Assembly: GCA_036505255.1 (NCBI GenBank)
Contig: DASXTT010000113.1
Span: 1 to 39,031, forward strand
Length of the DNA: 39,031 nucleotides
Direction of reading: 5' to 3'
Origin: Planctomycetota bacterium
Lineage (GTDB): Bacteria; Planctomycetota; MHYJ01; JACPRB01
Part shown: piece by piece, positions 1-8,078 of the stretch
Numbering within the stretch: position 1 is the first letter of the stretch
How the letters are laid out: every line of letters begins with the position of its first letter
Translations under genes and position numbers: made by a program
The notes under the pieces: model-generated
What the model saw: the letters and a program-made list of their open reading frames with translations, nothing else
The model's database searches: none
Told to the model about the DNA's origin: nothing

Positions 1-776
1 GCCAGGAACAGAAGCTGACGCGGTTCCGGACTCCGATGAAGCGGATCATCAAGCCAGCCACCGTGGTCACCGAGTTCGTGACGCTGTCCGCCATCTTCCG
101 CGAAGCGAAGAAGCGCGGGCACTGCTCCGAGAATCCCTGCCGGGGCGTGTCGCTCCCCAGGGTGAACAACAAGCTGATCCGGTGCCTTACCGACGACCAA
201 GAGAAAAGGCTCTTGGCCGCTTGCTCAAAGGGCTTGGCCGACGTCGTGCTCACGGCGCTCATGAGCGGCCTGCGGCGCGGCGAGCTGTTCGACCTCCGCA
301 GGGGCGACGTCGATCTCAAGAACGGCATCCTGACCGTCGTCCACGGCAAGGGCGAGAAGATGCGGCACATCCCCATGGTGCCGGAGCTGAAGGAGATCCT
401 CGAACGGCAGCCCGTCCATGTGAAGGAGGGCAAGCCGAGCCCGTACGTCTTCAACAACCCCCAGACCTGCACAGGCTGGGTGGACATCAAGAAGGCGTGG
501 GCTCGAGCGCTGCGCATCGCGGGAATCCGGGAGTTCCGCTTCCATGACTTGAGGCACACCTTCGCCAGCCGGCTCGTTCAGGGCGGCGTACCGATCAAGG
601 CAGTGCAGGAACTGCTGGGACACGCGGACATCAAGATGACGATGCGGTACGCGCATCTCGCTCCGCACAACCTCAGGGACGCGGTGTCGGTCCTCTCGAA
701 GAAGGCCAAGCGGCCCCGAAGAGTTGGCACAAAGTTGGCACAAACGCGAAAGGCCGGAAAGCGTGAAACTGCCTAA
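1..776 (+). CDS. Tyrosine recombinase / phage-type integrase, 5'-truncated by the window edge
   Basis: ORF 36..776. The same frame stays open back to nt 3, so the true N-terminus probably lies upstream. Catalytic-domain motifs are present: GLRRGELFDL (Arg), FHDLRHTFAS (His-x-x-Arg), LLGHADIKMTMRYAHL (His...Tyr). Sits directly next to a tRNA gene. Confidence 0.85.
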   Translation, partial: QEQKLTRFRTPMKRIIKPATVVTEFVTLSAIFREAKKRGHCSENPCRGVSLPRVNNKLIRCLTDDQEKRLLAACSKGLADVVLTALMSGLRRGELFDLRRGDVDLKNGILTVVHGKGEKMRHIPMVPELKEILERQPVHVKEGKPSPYVFNNPQTCTGWVDIKKAWARALRIAGIREFRFHDLRHTFASRLVQGGVPIKAVQELLGHADIKMTMRYAHLAPHNLRDAVSVLSKKAKRPRRVGTKLAQTRKAGKRETA

Positions 777-782
777 CCGTCG

Positions 783-807
783 TAACCTGCTCTGCCGACG
801 CAGGTTA
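783..807. terminator. Small hairpin between the integrase stop and the tRNA-Gly 3' end
   Basis: Perfect 8-bp stem taacctgc (783-790) / gcaggtta (800-807) with a 9-nt loop. No U-tract, so the function (terminator or att-related) is uncertain. Confidence 0.3.
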
Positions 808-808
808 G

Positions 809-884
<76 letters not shown>

Positions 885-942
885 CCGCGGGGGAATCGGC
901 TGGAACTATAGTGCTCCTTCCAGAGGGAAGTCAAGCGCCCGC

Positions 943-1386
943 TCAGGACTTGCGCTCGACGAGCCCCGACCCTTCGAACTTCCGCACCGCGGCGCGGAAA
1001 CTCTCGGGGACCGGCAGGGGCCGCCACGTCTTCTCGTCCAGGATCACGTGCACCGTCCGGCCCTCGGCCACGAGCCGGTTCTCCCCCTTGTGCGTGACCG
1101 CGAATTCGAAAGTGAAGCTCGTCCTCCCGAACCCGGAGATCCGCGCGTGCACCACCAGCACGTCGTCGAACCGCGCGGGCGACCGGAAGTCCGCGCTCGC
1201 GTGCACGATCGTGTTGGTCAGTCCCCCCGTCGGCCGGATGTGCTCCATGAGGCCGAGGTTCCGGATGTAGTCCATGCGGGCCACGTCGAAGTACGTGTAG
1301 AAGTAGCCGTGGAAGACGATCCCGAACGCGTCGGTTTCGGGAAGGCGGACCCGGACCTCGGTCGAAAAGTGGAAGGGATCGAGCAT
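943..1386 (-). CDS. Acyl-CoA thioesterase, 4HBT/YbgC-like hotdog fold
   Basis: ORF 943..1419. The motif ETDAFGIVFHGYFYTYFDVARMDYIRNLG is typical of YbgC/4-hydroxybenzoyl-CoA thioesterases. Start taken at the internal ATG (MLDPFHF) to avoid overlapping the upstream gene; ATG 1419 is the alternative. Confidence 0.75.
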   Translation of the reverse strand: MLDPFHFSTEVRVRLPETDAFGIVFHGYFYTYFDVARMDYIRNLGLMEHIRPTGGLTNTIVHASADFRSPARFDDVLVVHARISGFGRTSFTFEFAVTHKGENRLVAEGRTVHVILDEKTWRPLPVPESFRAAVRKFEGSGLVERKS

Positions 1387-1399
1387 CGGAGGCGCGCCC

Positions 1400-1696
1400 C
1401 TACGTTCCGCCCAGGGCATCCAGGATCTTCTGCAGGTCGCCCTCCACGCCGTCCACGGCCTTCAGGATCCGGACCATCGACTGGGGCGTCACCCGGAGGA
1501 CCCGCCGCGAAGTGTCCCGTACCTGCTGCAGGTGCGACCTTACGGCGGAGGCATCTTTCGAGGCGGACAGGATCTCCCCTTGCAGGGCGTCGATCACGGT
1601 CAGGAACTTGCCCTGATCCGGACCCTTGACCGATTCGCGCACCGCGGCCCGAAGCCGCTCCATGGCCGCCTTGACCTCCCGGGCCTCCATCGCCAT
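1400..1696 (-). CDS. Hypothetical small alpha-helical protein (~98 aa)
   Basis: ORF 1400..1732, start chosen at MAMEAREVK. Co-directional and tightly packed between PPK2 and the thioesterase. No recognisable motif. Confidence 0.45.
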   Translation of the reverse strand: MAMEAREVKAAMERLRAAVRESVKGPDQGKFLTVIDALQGEILSASKDASAVRSHLQQVRDTSRRVLRVTPQSMVRILKAVDGVEGDLQKILDALGGT

Positions 1697-1745
1697 GGCG
1701 GTCAGGATATCCCTGCGACCGCGGCCCGGCAAGGTCGCTCCCCGC

Positions 1746-2522
1746 TCACGCCTCGGCCAGCCGGGCCAGGCGCCGCTCCGACTTCTTCAACCGCTTCGCC
1801 GGGGAGGGGCCGCCGAGCCCGCGCTCCAGCGCCCCGGCCACGTTCTCCAGGATCTTGATCCGGGCGTAGTGCTTGTCCTCCGCCTCCACCACGATCCACG
1901 GAGCGCCGGGTCGATCCGTCCGGGCCAGCATCTCCTCGACCGCGGCCGAGTACGCCGCCCACTTCCGCCGGTTGCGCCAATCTTCGGGCCCGATTTTGTA
2001 CCGCTTGGCGCGGTCGGACGCGCGCTCCTTGAACCGTCGGAGCTGCTCCGCGCGGGAGATGTGAAGCCAGAACTTCACGAGGATCGTCCCGAAGGACGCG
2101 ATCTGTTCCTCGAATTCCGTGATTTCCCGGTAGGCCCGGCGCCACTCCGCCTCGGTGCAAAACCCTTCCACGCGTTCCACGAGCACGCGGCCGTACCACG
2201 ACCGGTCGAAGACGGTCAAGTGACCCGCCTTCGGCACGGAGTTCCAGAAGCGCCACAGGTAATGGCGCGTCGCCTCCTCGCCCGCCGGCGCCGACACGGG
2301 GACGACGTCGTACGCGCGCGGATCGAGCGTCGGGGTCAGCCGGCGGATCGCGCCTCCCTTGCCCGCCGCATCCCATCCCTCGAAGACCACCACGGACGGG
2401 ATTTCCTTCTTCCAGCACTTCCGGTGGAGCTCGTGCAGGCGCGCCTGCAGCGCGGGCATCCGCTCCTCATACTCCCTTTCGGGGAGCGACTTCGCCAGGT
2501 CCACCCGTCCGAGCACGGTCAC
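1746..2522 (-). CDS. Polyphosphate kinase 2 (PPK2), single domain, canonical motifs
   Basis: C-terminal 258 aa of track ORF 1746..3248. Motifs: Walker A FEGWDAAGKGGAI, FDRSWYGRVLVERVEG, lid region RYKIGPEDWRNRRKW. The GTG start at 2522..2520 overlaps the upstream stop (GTGA). Confidence 0.85.
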   Translation of the reverse strand: MTVLGRVDLAKSLPEREYEERMPALQARLHELHRKCWKKEIPSVVVFEGWDAAGKGGAIRRLTPTLDPRAYDVVPVSAPAGEEATRHYLWRFWNSVPKAGHLTVFDRSWYGRVLVERVEGFCTEAEWRRAYREITEFEEQIASFGTILVKFWLHISRAEQLRRFKERASDRAKRYKIGPEDWRNRRKWAAYSAAVEEMLARTDRPGAPWIVVEAEDKHYARIKILENVAGALERGLGGPSPAKRLKKSERRLARLAEA

Positions 2523-3226
2523 CTCAACCCTCTCCGCACGCCGCGTGCGATCGTTTCCAAGGCCGCGATCTCGGCGGTCCTGCGGTCGTCCGCGGGTATC
2601 ACCTTCCAAGGGGCCCGGGACGTGGAGGTCCGCTTCACCATCGCGGCGAAGGCCTCCCCGTACTCCCGGAATTTCCGGTGCCGCCGCCAGTCCTCCGACC
2701 GGATCCGCCACCGCTGGTTTGGATCGTCCTCGCACTCCTCGAACCGGCGACGCTGTTCGCGCTTCGAGAGGTTCAACAGGATCTTCACGAGGACCGCCCC
2801 GCCGTCGGCGAGGGCCCGCTCGAACGCGGCGATCTCCCCATAGGCGCGGTCCACCTCGGATTTCGAAGCGATTCCTTCGACGCTCTCGACCAGCACGCGG
2901 CCGTACCACGACCGGTCGAAACAGGCCATCGCGCCCCGGCGCGGGATCCGCGTCCAGAACCGCCGCATCCACGGGTGGCGCAGCTCCTCGGAGTCGGCCC
3001 CGTAGGTGTGCCACACCTTGAATCCGCGGGGATCGAGCTTCTCGAGGAGCCGGGCCGCGATCGTGCTCTTGCCCGATTCGTCGGCGCCCTCGAGGACCAT
3101 GAGGATCGATCGGTCCGAATCCCGGACGCGCGTCTGAAGTGCGGCGATCCGGTCCTGCAGCCGGGGAAGGCGGCTCCGGTATTCCGATTTCCCGAGAGGC
3201 CGGGCGGGGGCGGTGGGACCAGGCAC
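2519..3226 (-). CDS. Polyphosphate kinase 2 (PPK2) paralogue with a divergent P-loop
   Basis: ORF 2519..3226. Motifs: LEGADESGKSTI (P-loop variant), FDRSWYGRVLVESVEG, RWRIRSEDWRRHRKF. Same direction as the downstream PPK2, with a 4-nt stop/start overlap. Confidence 0.85.
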   Translation of the reverse strand: MPGPTAPARPLGKSEYRSRLPRLQDRIAALQTRVRDSDRSILMVLEGADESGKSTIAARLLEKLDPRGFKVWHTYGADSEELRHPWMRRFWTRIPRRGAMACFDRSWYGRVLVESVEGIASKSEVDRAYGEIAAFERALADGGAVLVKILLNLSKREQRRRFEECEDDPNQRWRIRSEDWRRHRKFREYGEAFAAMVKRTSTSRAPWKVIPADDRRTAEIAALETIARGVRRGLR

Positions 3227-3326
3227 GTCGGTCTAGTGGTTCGACCACGACAAATGGGTCAATTGAATCCGCGACCGGCGCATGAAGAGCTCCCTTTCAA
3301 CGGACAGAATCAATGTCGGCTCGCCA

Positions 3327-5042
3327 CTAGCCCGGAAGGATGATCCGCGGCACCGAGGAGGGCTCGGCCGTCGCGTCCAGCCCCGGCACTCCGGCGCCCG
3401 CGTCGAGGCGCTCGATGAGATCCTTCGCGAAGGGGTGATTGGGAAGAATCTGGAGGGCCGCCCTGGCGAAATGGCGGGCGTCGTCCTCCATCCGGGCCTC
3501 GTGGGCCCGGAGCGCCCGCGCGTAGAGTTCGGCCGCCTCCTCCTCGCGTTCGACGCGGTCGTCCTCGGGATCGACGCGGCGGGCGGCCCGTTCGTCGAGG
3601 ACGATCGCCAGGGGAATGCGGCCGGAGACGTCATTCTGGGGCGTCGTCATCCATTTCACCTTGAACTCGCGCTCCAGCTCGGCCACCGGCGACCGTCCCG
3701 CAAGCCGTCCGAGGGCGGACCGGGTCTCGCGCGCCAACCTTCCCAGCAGATCCTTTTCGCGCGGCCCCGCCTCGGCGGCGACGTCCGCGGGGCGGCGCCA
3801 TCCGAGAGACTCGTGCCAGCACTCCTCCCAGACCGCGCTCATGCGGCGGACCTCGGCCTGGAAGGCGGCGGGAGCCATCCGGTCCTGGAATGTCCCGTAC
3901 TTTTCGAGGAATTCCTCCTGGGACATTTCGGCGGGAACCACCACGGGTCGGCCCGACTCGAGCCGGACCAGCCCCTCCTGAAAGGCCGCCGCGAGGGGGC
4001 TCGCCTCGAATGCCTTCAGGATCGCCGTCCGCACTTCGGCCTTCGGCGGCCGCTGCGCCAGCAGGTGGAGCGACACGGGGACCGCAAGAGCGCGGCCGCT
4101 GCGCAGAACCGGCCCCAGGATCGTGGCCGTATGCTCGGCCCCCTCGCCCCGGACGGCCCATGGTCCGGCTCCGAACGCGTCCTCGAGCGCGAGGGGCAGG
4201 AGCCGCTCGTCCCCCAGGTCCATGGCGGCCGTGAAAAGGGCCCGCCGCGCCTCCGGCGGCGGGTCGTGATAAAGCAGGTGATGGCGGACGATCTCGCGTC
4301 CCGGCTCCGGCATCGAGGCGAGTCCCGCGCGGGCGGTTTCCTGAATCGAAGGATCCACCCGGGCCCACAGGACCATGCCGAGGGCCCGCGCGGCGCGGCG
4401 ACCGGGATACATTCCGACCGCGGCGATGAGCTCGCGGGCGACCGCCGGGTCCGACGGGGGGGAGGACTCCCATCCGAACAGGATCCGCTCCAGCGCCGGA
4501 AGCGCCAGCTTCTTCACGGTCGCCAGGTCGCCCTGGCCGGACATGAACGGGTCCTCGAGCGCGGCCTCCTCGGCGCTCCGGTTCGATTCCTCCCGCGCCA
4601 ATTCCTGGCGCCGCTCCCGCAGGCGGTTCAGGACCTGGGGCGGGTAGAGCTTCCACAGGAGCCCGATCGACGAAGCCCGAAGCGGGAGGTGATGGAGCGC
4701 CTTGATGACCGTGACGCCCTGGCTTCGAACGTCGAGCCGCACCTCGCCCGCGATCCGCCGCTCGACTTCCCGGAGGAGCTTGAGGCGGACGGGGAGCGTC
4801 ACATGGCCGTCCATCGCCGGGGCGAGCAGCGCGGACAGCTGCTCGGAGGTCGCCCGGCCTTCCGAGATGACGCTCTCAAGGTCGTCGAGCCGGGGATCGA
4901 AGAGATCGATCTCGAAGTCGAAATCCGACCAGCCGAGCAGGGCGGCGAGATCGGCCGTCCGGAGAAGCTCCTGCGCCATGCCCTGAAGCTGGTCCTCCAT
5001 CTCCTGGCGCGGGTCCTGAGCTTCATCGGAGGCGTGGGGCAT
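3327..5042 (-). CDS. Hypothetical protein (571 aa), no recognisable domain
   Basis: Long ORF with balanced, non-shadow amino-acid composition. Co-directional with the PPK2 pair. The opposite-strand ORF 3282..5096 is R/G/P-rich shadow. Confidence 0.6.
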   Translation of the reverse strand: MPHASDEAQDPRQEMEDQLQGMAQELLRTADLAALLGWSDFDFEIDLFDPRLDDLESVISEGRATSEQLSALLAPAMDGHVTLPVRLKLLREVERRIAGEVRLDVRSQGVTVIKALHHLPLRASSIGLLWKLYPPQVLNRLRERRQELAREESNRSAEEAALEDPFMSGQGDLATVKKLALPALERILFGWESSPPSDPAVARELIAAVGMYPGRRAARALGMVLWARVDPSIQETARAGLASMPEPGREIVRHHLLYHDPPPEARRALFTAAMDLGDERLLPLALEDAFGAGPWAVRGEGAEHTATILGPVLRSGRALAVPVSLHLLAQRPPKAEVRTAILKAFEASPLAAAFQEGLVRLESGRPVVVPAEMSQEEFLEKYGTFQDRMAPAAFQAEVRRMSAVWEECWHESLGWRRPADVAAEAGPREKDLLGRLARETRSALGRLAGRSPVAELEREFKVKWMTTPQNDVSGRIPLAIVLDERAARRVDPEDDRVEREEEAAELYARALRAHEARMEDDARHFARAALQILPNHPFAKDLIERLDAGAGVPGLDATAEPSSVPRIILPG

Positions 5043-5110
5043 GGGACGTGTCTTCTAGCACGCTCCCTCCGGGTGGTCAAGGCCGCGCGCCGGTGATACT
5101 ATTCCCGCGC

Positions 5111-6442
5111 ATGAAATTCATTTTTCGAACGGCCGCGCCATTCCTGATCCTGGGCCTGGGGGCGTGCTCCCACGCCCCGAAGCCGGGTCCGCGCCCCGAC
5201 CCGCCACCTCAGGTCCAATCCCCTCCAAGCCAGGTGGACGGCGAGATCACCTCCGCGGCGGAGCGCCATCTGCCCTCGCTCGTGGAGCTGTACCGCCATT
5301 TCCACGCGAATCCGGAGCTGTCGTACCAGGAAGTGAAGACGGCCGCGCGGTTCGCCGAAGAGGTCCGCAAGGCGGGATGGGAGGTGACCGAAGCGATCGG
5401 CCGGACCGGGGTGGCCGCGATCCTCAGGAACGGCACCGGGCCGACGATACTCGTCCGCGTCGACATGGACGCCCTTCCCGTGAAGGAGGAAACCGGCCTG
5501 CCGTACTCGGCCACGGGAGAGGCCATGCACGCCTGCGGTCACGACATCCACCTCGCGGCGGGAATTGGACTGGCGCGGACCCTGGCCGATCTCAGGGTTC
5601 GATGGACGGGAACCGTGCTCCTGATCGGCCAGCCCGCCGAGGAGGTCGGAACGGGTTCGAAGCGGATGATTGAAGATCCCGCGTTCGACGCCGTCGTCGC
5701 GCGATCCGCCGCCCCCTCGTGGTGCCTTTCAATCCACGACTCGAACGAGCTCCCCGCCGGGGCGGTGGGGATCTGCCCCGGGTGGGCCTACGCGAACGTG
5801 GACACGATCGACCTCACCGTTTTCGGCCGGGGCGGCCACGGGGCGCGGCCCGAGCAGGCGGTCGACCCCATCGTGATCGCCTCGGAAATCGTGATGTCGC
5901 TCCAGACGATCGTGAGCCGCAAGGTCAAGCCGGGCACGCCCGCCGTGGTGACGGTGGGTTCGATCCACGCCGGGACGAAGCACAACATCATTCCGGCCGA
6001 GGCGAAGCTCCAGCTCACCGTGCGGTCGTACGAGGACGCGGTGCGGGGGCGGCTCCTGGCGGACATCCGCCGCATTTCGGAGAACATCGCCGCGGCGCAC
6101 GGGGCGCCGAAGCCGCCCGAAATGAAGATCGATCCCGAGTACTGTCCCGCGGGGTATCACGACCCCGCGTTCGCCGAACGGATGGCGGGCGTTTTCCGCC
6201 GGCTCCTCGGCGCGGACCGGGTCAAATCCATGGGGCCGGTCATGGGGGGCGAGGACTTCGGGCGATTCGGCCGGCGATTCGGAGCGCCGAGCCTGCAGTA
6301 CTGGGTGGGGGCCGTCGATCCGGCGCGGAAGGAAGGCGACGTCCCCCCTCTTCATTCGAGCCGGTGGGCGCCGGCGGCGGAGCCGGCCCTGCGGACGGCC
6401 GTCGTCACGCTGACGGCCGCGGCCCTCGATCTCCTGCGGTGA
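5111..6442 (+). CDS. M20-family amidohydrolase (hippurate hydrolase / N-acyl-amino-acid amidohydrolase type), predicted lipoprotein
   Basis: ORF 5048..6442. Start set at MKFIFRTAAPFLILGLGAC (signal peptide plus lipobox). Motifs: LYRHFHANPELSYQE, VDMDALPV, HACGHDIH, GQPAEE. Confidence 0.85.
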   Translation: MKFIFRTAAPFLILGLGACSHAPKPGPRPDPPPQVQSPPSQVDGEITSAAERHLPSLVELYRHFHANPELSYQEVKTAARFAEEVRKAGWEVTEAIGRTGVAAILRNGTGPTILVRVDMDALPVKEETGLPYSATGEAMHACGHDIHLAAGIGLARTLADLRVRWTGTVLLIGQPAEEVGTGSKRMIEDPAFDAVVARSAAPSWCLSIHDSNELPAGAVGICPGWAYANVDTIDLTVFGRGGHGARPEQAVDPIVIASEIVMSLQTIVSRKVKPGTPAVVTVGSIHAGTKHNIIPAEAKLQLTVRSYEDAVRGRLLADIRRISENIAAAHGAPKPPEMKIDPEYCPAGYHDPAFAERMAGVFRRLLGADRVKSMGPVMGGEDFGRFGRRFGAPSLQYWVGAVDPARKEGDVPPLHSSRWAPAAEPALRTAVVTLTAAALDLLR

Positions 6443-6460
6443 TCGGGAGGAGGTTTCCGG

Positions 6461-6787
6461 TCACACCCCGAAGACCCGCTTGATCTCGTCGACGATCTTC
6501 GACTTCGGCGGACCCGCGAGGCGGGCGACTTCCTTGCCGCCCTTGAAGAAAACCAGGGCCGGGATCGCCATGATGCCCAGCTCGGAGGCGATGTCCGGGC
6601 TGACGTCCACGTTCAAACCGACGATGTTGACTTTGCCCTCGTAGTCCTTGGCGAGCTGCTCCAGCACGGGAGCAATGGCGCGGCAGCCCCCTCACCACTC
6701 CGCCCAGAAATCGACGATGGTGGGCGTGGGGTTCTTGAGGACCTGCTGCTCGAAGGTTCCGTCGGTGACTTCCGCGAGGGCGCTCAT
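6461..6787 (-). CDS. trxA: Thioredoxin with an in-frame TGA (6694..6692) at the first active-site Cys position; candidate selenoprotein, otherwise a pseudogene
   Basis: The last 31 aa of track ORF 6692..7567 (MSALAEVTDGTFEQQVLKNPTPTIVDFWAEW), the TGA, and GGCRAIAPVLEQLAKDYEGKVNIVGLNVD...IPALVFFKGGKEV (ORF 6461..6667) all lie in one frame. An AAGGAG lies 6 nt upstream of ATG 6787. Confidence 0.7.
6656..6675 (-). promoter_or_regulatory. Candidate bacterial SECIS hairpin downstream of the thioredoxin UGA
   Basis: On the mRNA: UUGCUCC-CGUGCU-GGAGCAG, a 7-bp stem (one G-U pair) with a 6-nt loop containing GU. The stem starts 16 nt after the UGA. Confidence 0.4.
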
Positions 6788-6834
6788 GTGGGTCTCCTTT
6801 GGGCCCGATATTCTAACAGCCAGGAGCGCGCGGA

Positions 6835-8025
6835 TCATCCCTCCGAGGCGGGTTCGACCGGCCGGGGCCGGTCCTCGATCTTGAGGATCTCCCGGATCTC
6901 CTTCTGGCCCGCGGCGCCGAGCTCGCGGAACCTCCGAAGCTGGGGCAGCACCTGACGCTCGTAGGACCCGACCACGCGGTTGAAATCGTCGACCGAACCG
7001 GAGAGCGACCGGCCCAGTCCCGCGAAGTGGCCGATCAGCACGGCGAGACGGTCGTGCAGGTCCCGCCCCAGCTCGCTGATCCGCTGGACGTTCTCCGCGA
7101 TCTGCTCCTGCTTCCAGCCGTAATAAACCGCCTTCAGCAGCGCGATGAGCGTGGTGGGCGTCGTCATGATGACGCTCCGGTTGAAGCCCTCCTCGAGGAG
7201 CGTGGGGTCCTGCTGCAGCGCGGCGCTGAAGAGCGCCTCGCCGGGAACGAAGAGGACCACGAATTCCGGCGCGGGGGTGAACCGGGCGAAATACTCCTTC
7301 CGGCCCAGCTGGAACAGATGGGTCCGCACCTGCTGGGCGTGGTCCTTCATCTTCGCCGTCCGCTCGTCCCCCTCGGGAAGCTCCTGCGCCTCGATGTAGG
7401 CAAGGAGCGGAACTTTCGAGTCGACGACGATGTTCTTCCCGGCCGGGAGCTTCACGATCATGTCGGCCCGGAATCGCCCATCCGGCCCCGTCTCCTGCTC
7501 GAGGAAGTCGCAATGGTCGACCATCCCGGCGATCTCGACGACGCGCCGGAGCTGCATCTCGCCCCATCGCCCGCGGACCTCGGGCTTGCGCAGCGATGTG
7601 ACGAGGTTCCCCGTCTCCGCCTGCAACCTCTGGACTTCGCGCGTGAGGGTGGTGTAGGCCTCCTGCCGCCGCCCTTCAATTTCCTGCAGGCTCCCCTGGA
7701 CCTTGTCCAGGGTCTCCCGGACCGGTCCCAATACGCCGCGGATCTCCTCGGCCCGCACCGCGAGGTGCTTCTCCGCCTCCTTCTGGATCGCGCCGAGCCG
7801 CTCGTGCGCCAGGGACAGGAAGCCCTCGGTGTTCGTCTTGAGGGCGTCCGCCGCGAGCGCCCGGAAAGAGTTGGACAACCGGAGCTCGGCCGCATCGAAC
7901 GCGCGCTGCATTTCCGTGGCGCGGGCGTCGGCGGCGGCGGTCCGGGCCGCGCCCCGGGCGGCGGCCAGGATCCAGGCCACGGCGCCGCCCAGCGCGAGCC
8001 CCACCGCCAGCAGGATCCAGTCCAT
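6835..8025 (-). CDS. rmuC: DNA recombination protein RmuC
   Basis: N-terminal TM helix (MDWILLAVGLALGGAVAWIL), then a long coiled coil, then a nuclease-like C-terminus (WGEMQLRRVVEIAGM..CDF..VVDSKVPLLAY..FVVLFVPGEALF), which is the characteristic RmuC layout. Confidence 0.85.
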   Translation of the reverse strand: MDWILLAVGLALGGAVAWILAAARGAARTAAADARATEMQRAFDAAELRLSNSFRALAADALKTNTEGFLSLAHERLGAIQKEAEKHLAVRAEEIRGVLGPVRETLDKVQGSLQEIEGRRQEAYTTLTREVQRLQAETGNLVTSLRKPEVRGRWGEMQLRRVVEIAGMVDHCDFLEQETGPDGRFRADMIVKLPAGKNIVVDSKVPLLAYIEAQELPEGDERTAKMKDHAQQVRTHLFQLGRKEYFARFTPAPEFVVLFVPGEALFSAALQQDPTLLEEGFNRSVIMTTPTTLIALLKAVYYGWKQEQIAENVQRISELGRDLHDRLAVLIGHFAGLGRSLSGSVDDFNRVVGSYERQVLPQLRRFRELGAAGQKEIREILKIEDRPRPVEPASEG

Positions 8026-8078
8026 GGGCGGCTATGGTAGGGTTAACGGCCCTCCCATCTCCATCGAAAACCGTTAAG

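Noticed and set aside
1746-3248. 500-aa ORF that looks like a fused two-domain PPK2
   Set aside because: Only its C-terminal ~258 aa are PPK2. The N-terminal ~240 aa are an out-of-frame read across the upstream PPK2 gene (an RGP-rich sequence). The real upstream PPK2 is ORF 2519..3226, in another frame with its own stop.
6692-6694. The TGA in thioredoxin as a simple inactivating mutation (pseudogene) or a sequencing error
   Set aside because: Not fully excluded, but judged less likely. Both halves remain in frame and conserved, the stop sits exactly on the redox Cys codon, a hairpin follows at SECIS distance, and the Shine-Dalgarno site is intact. Kept as a candidate selenoprotein, with the checks stated in the finding.
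6692-7567. 291-aa ORF overlapping rmuC
   Set aside because: It is R/G/P-rich and out of frame with the well-supported RmuC ORF. Only its last 31 codons, the thioredoxin N-terminus downstream of an AAGGAG site, are judged real.
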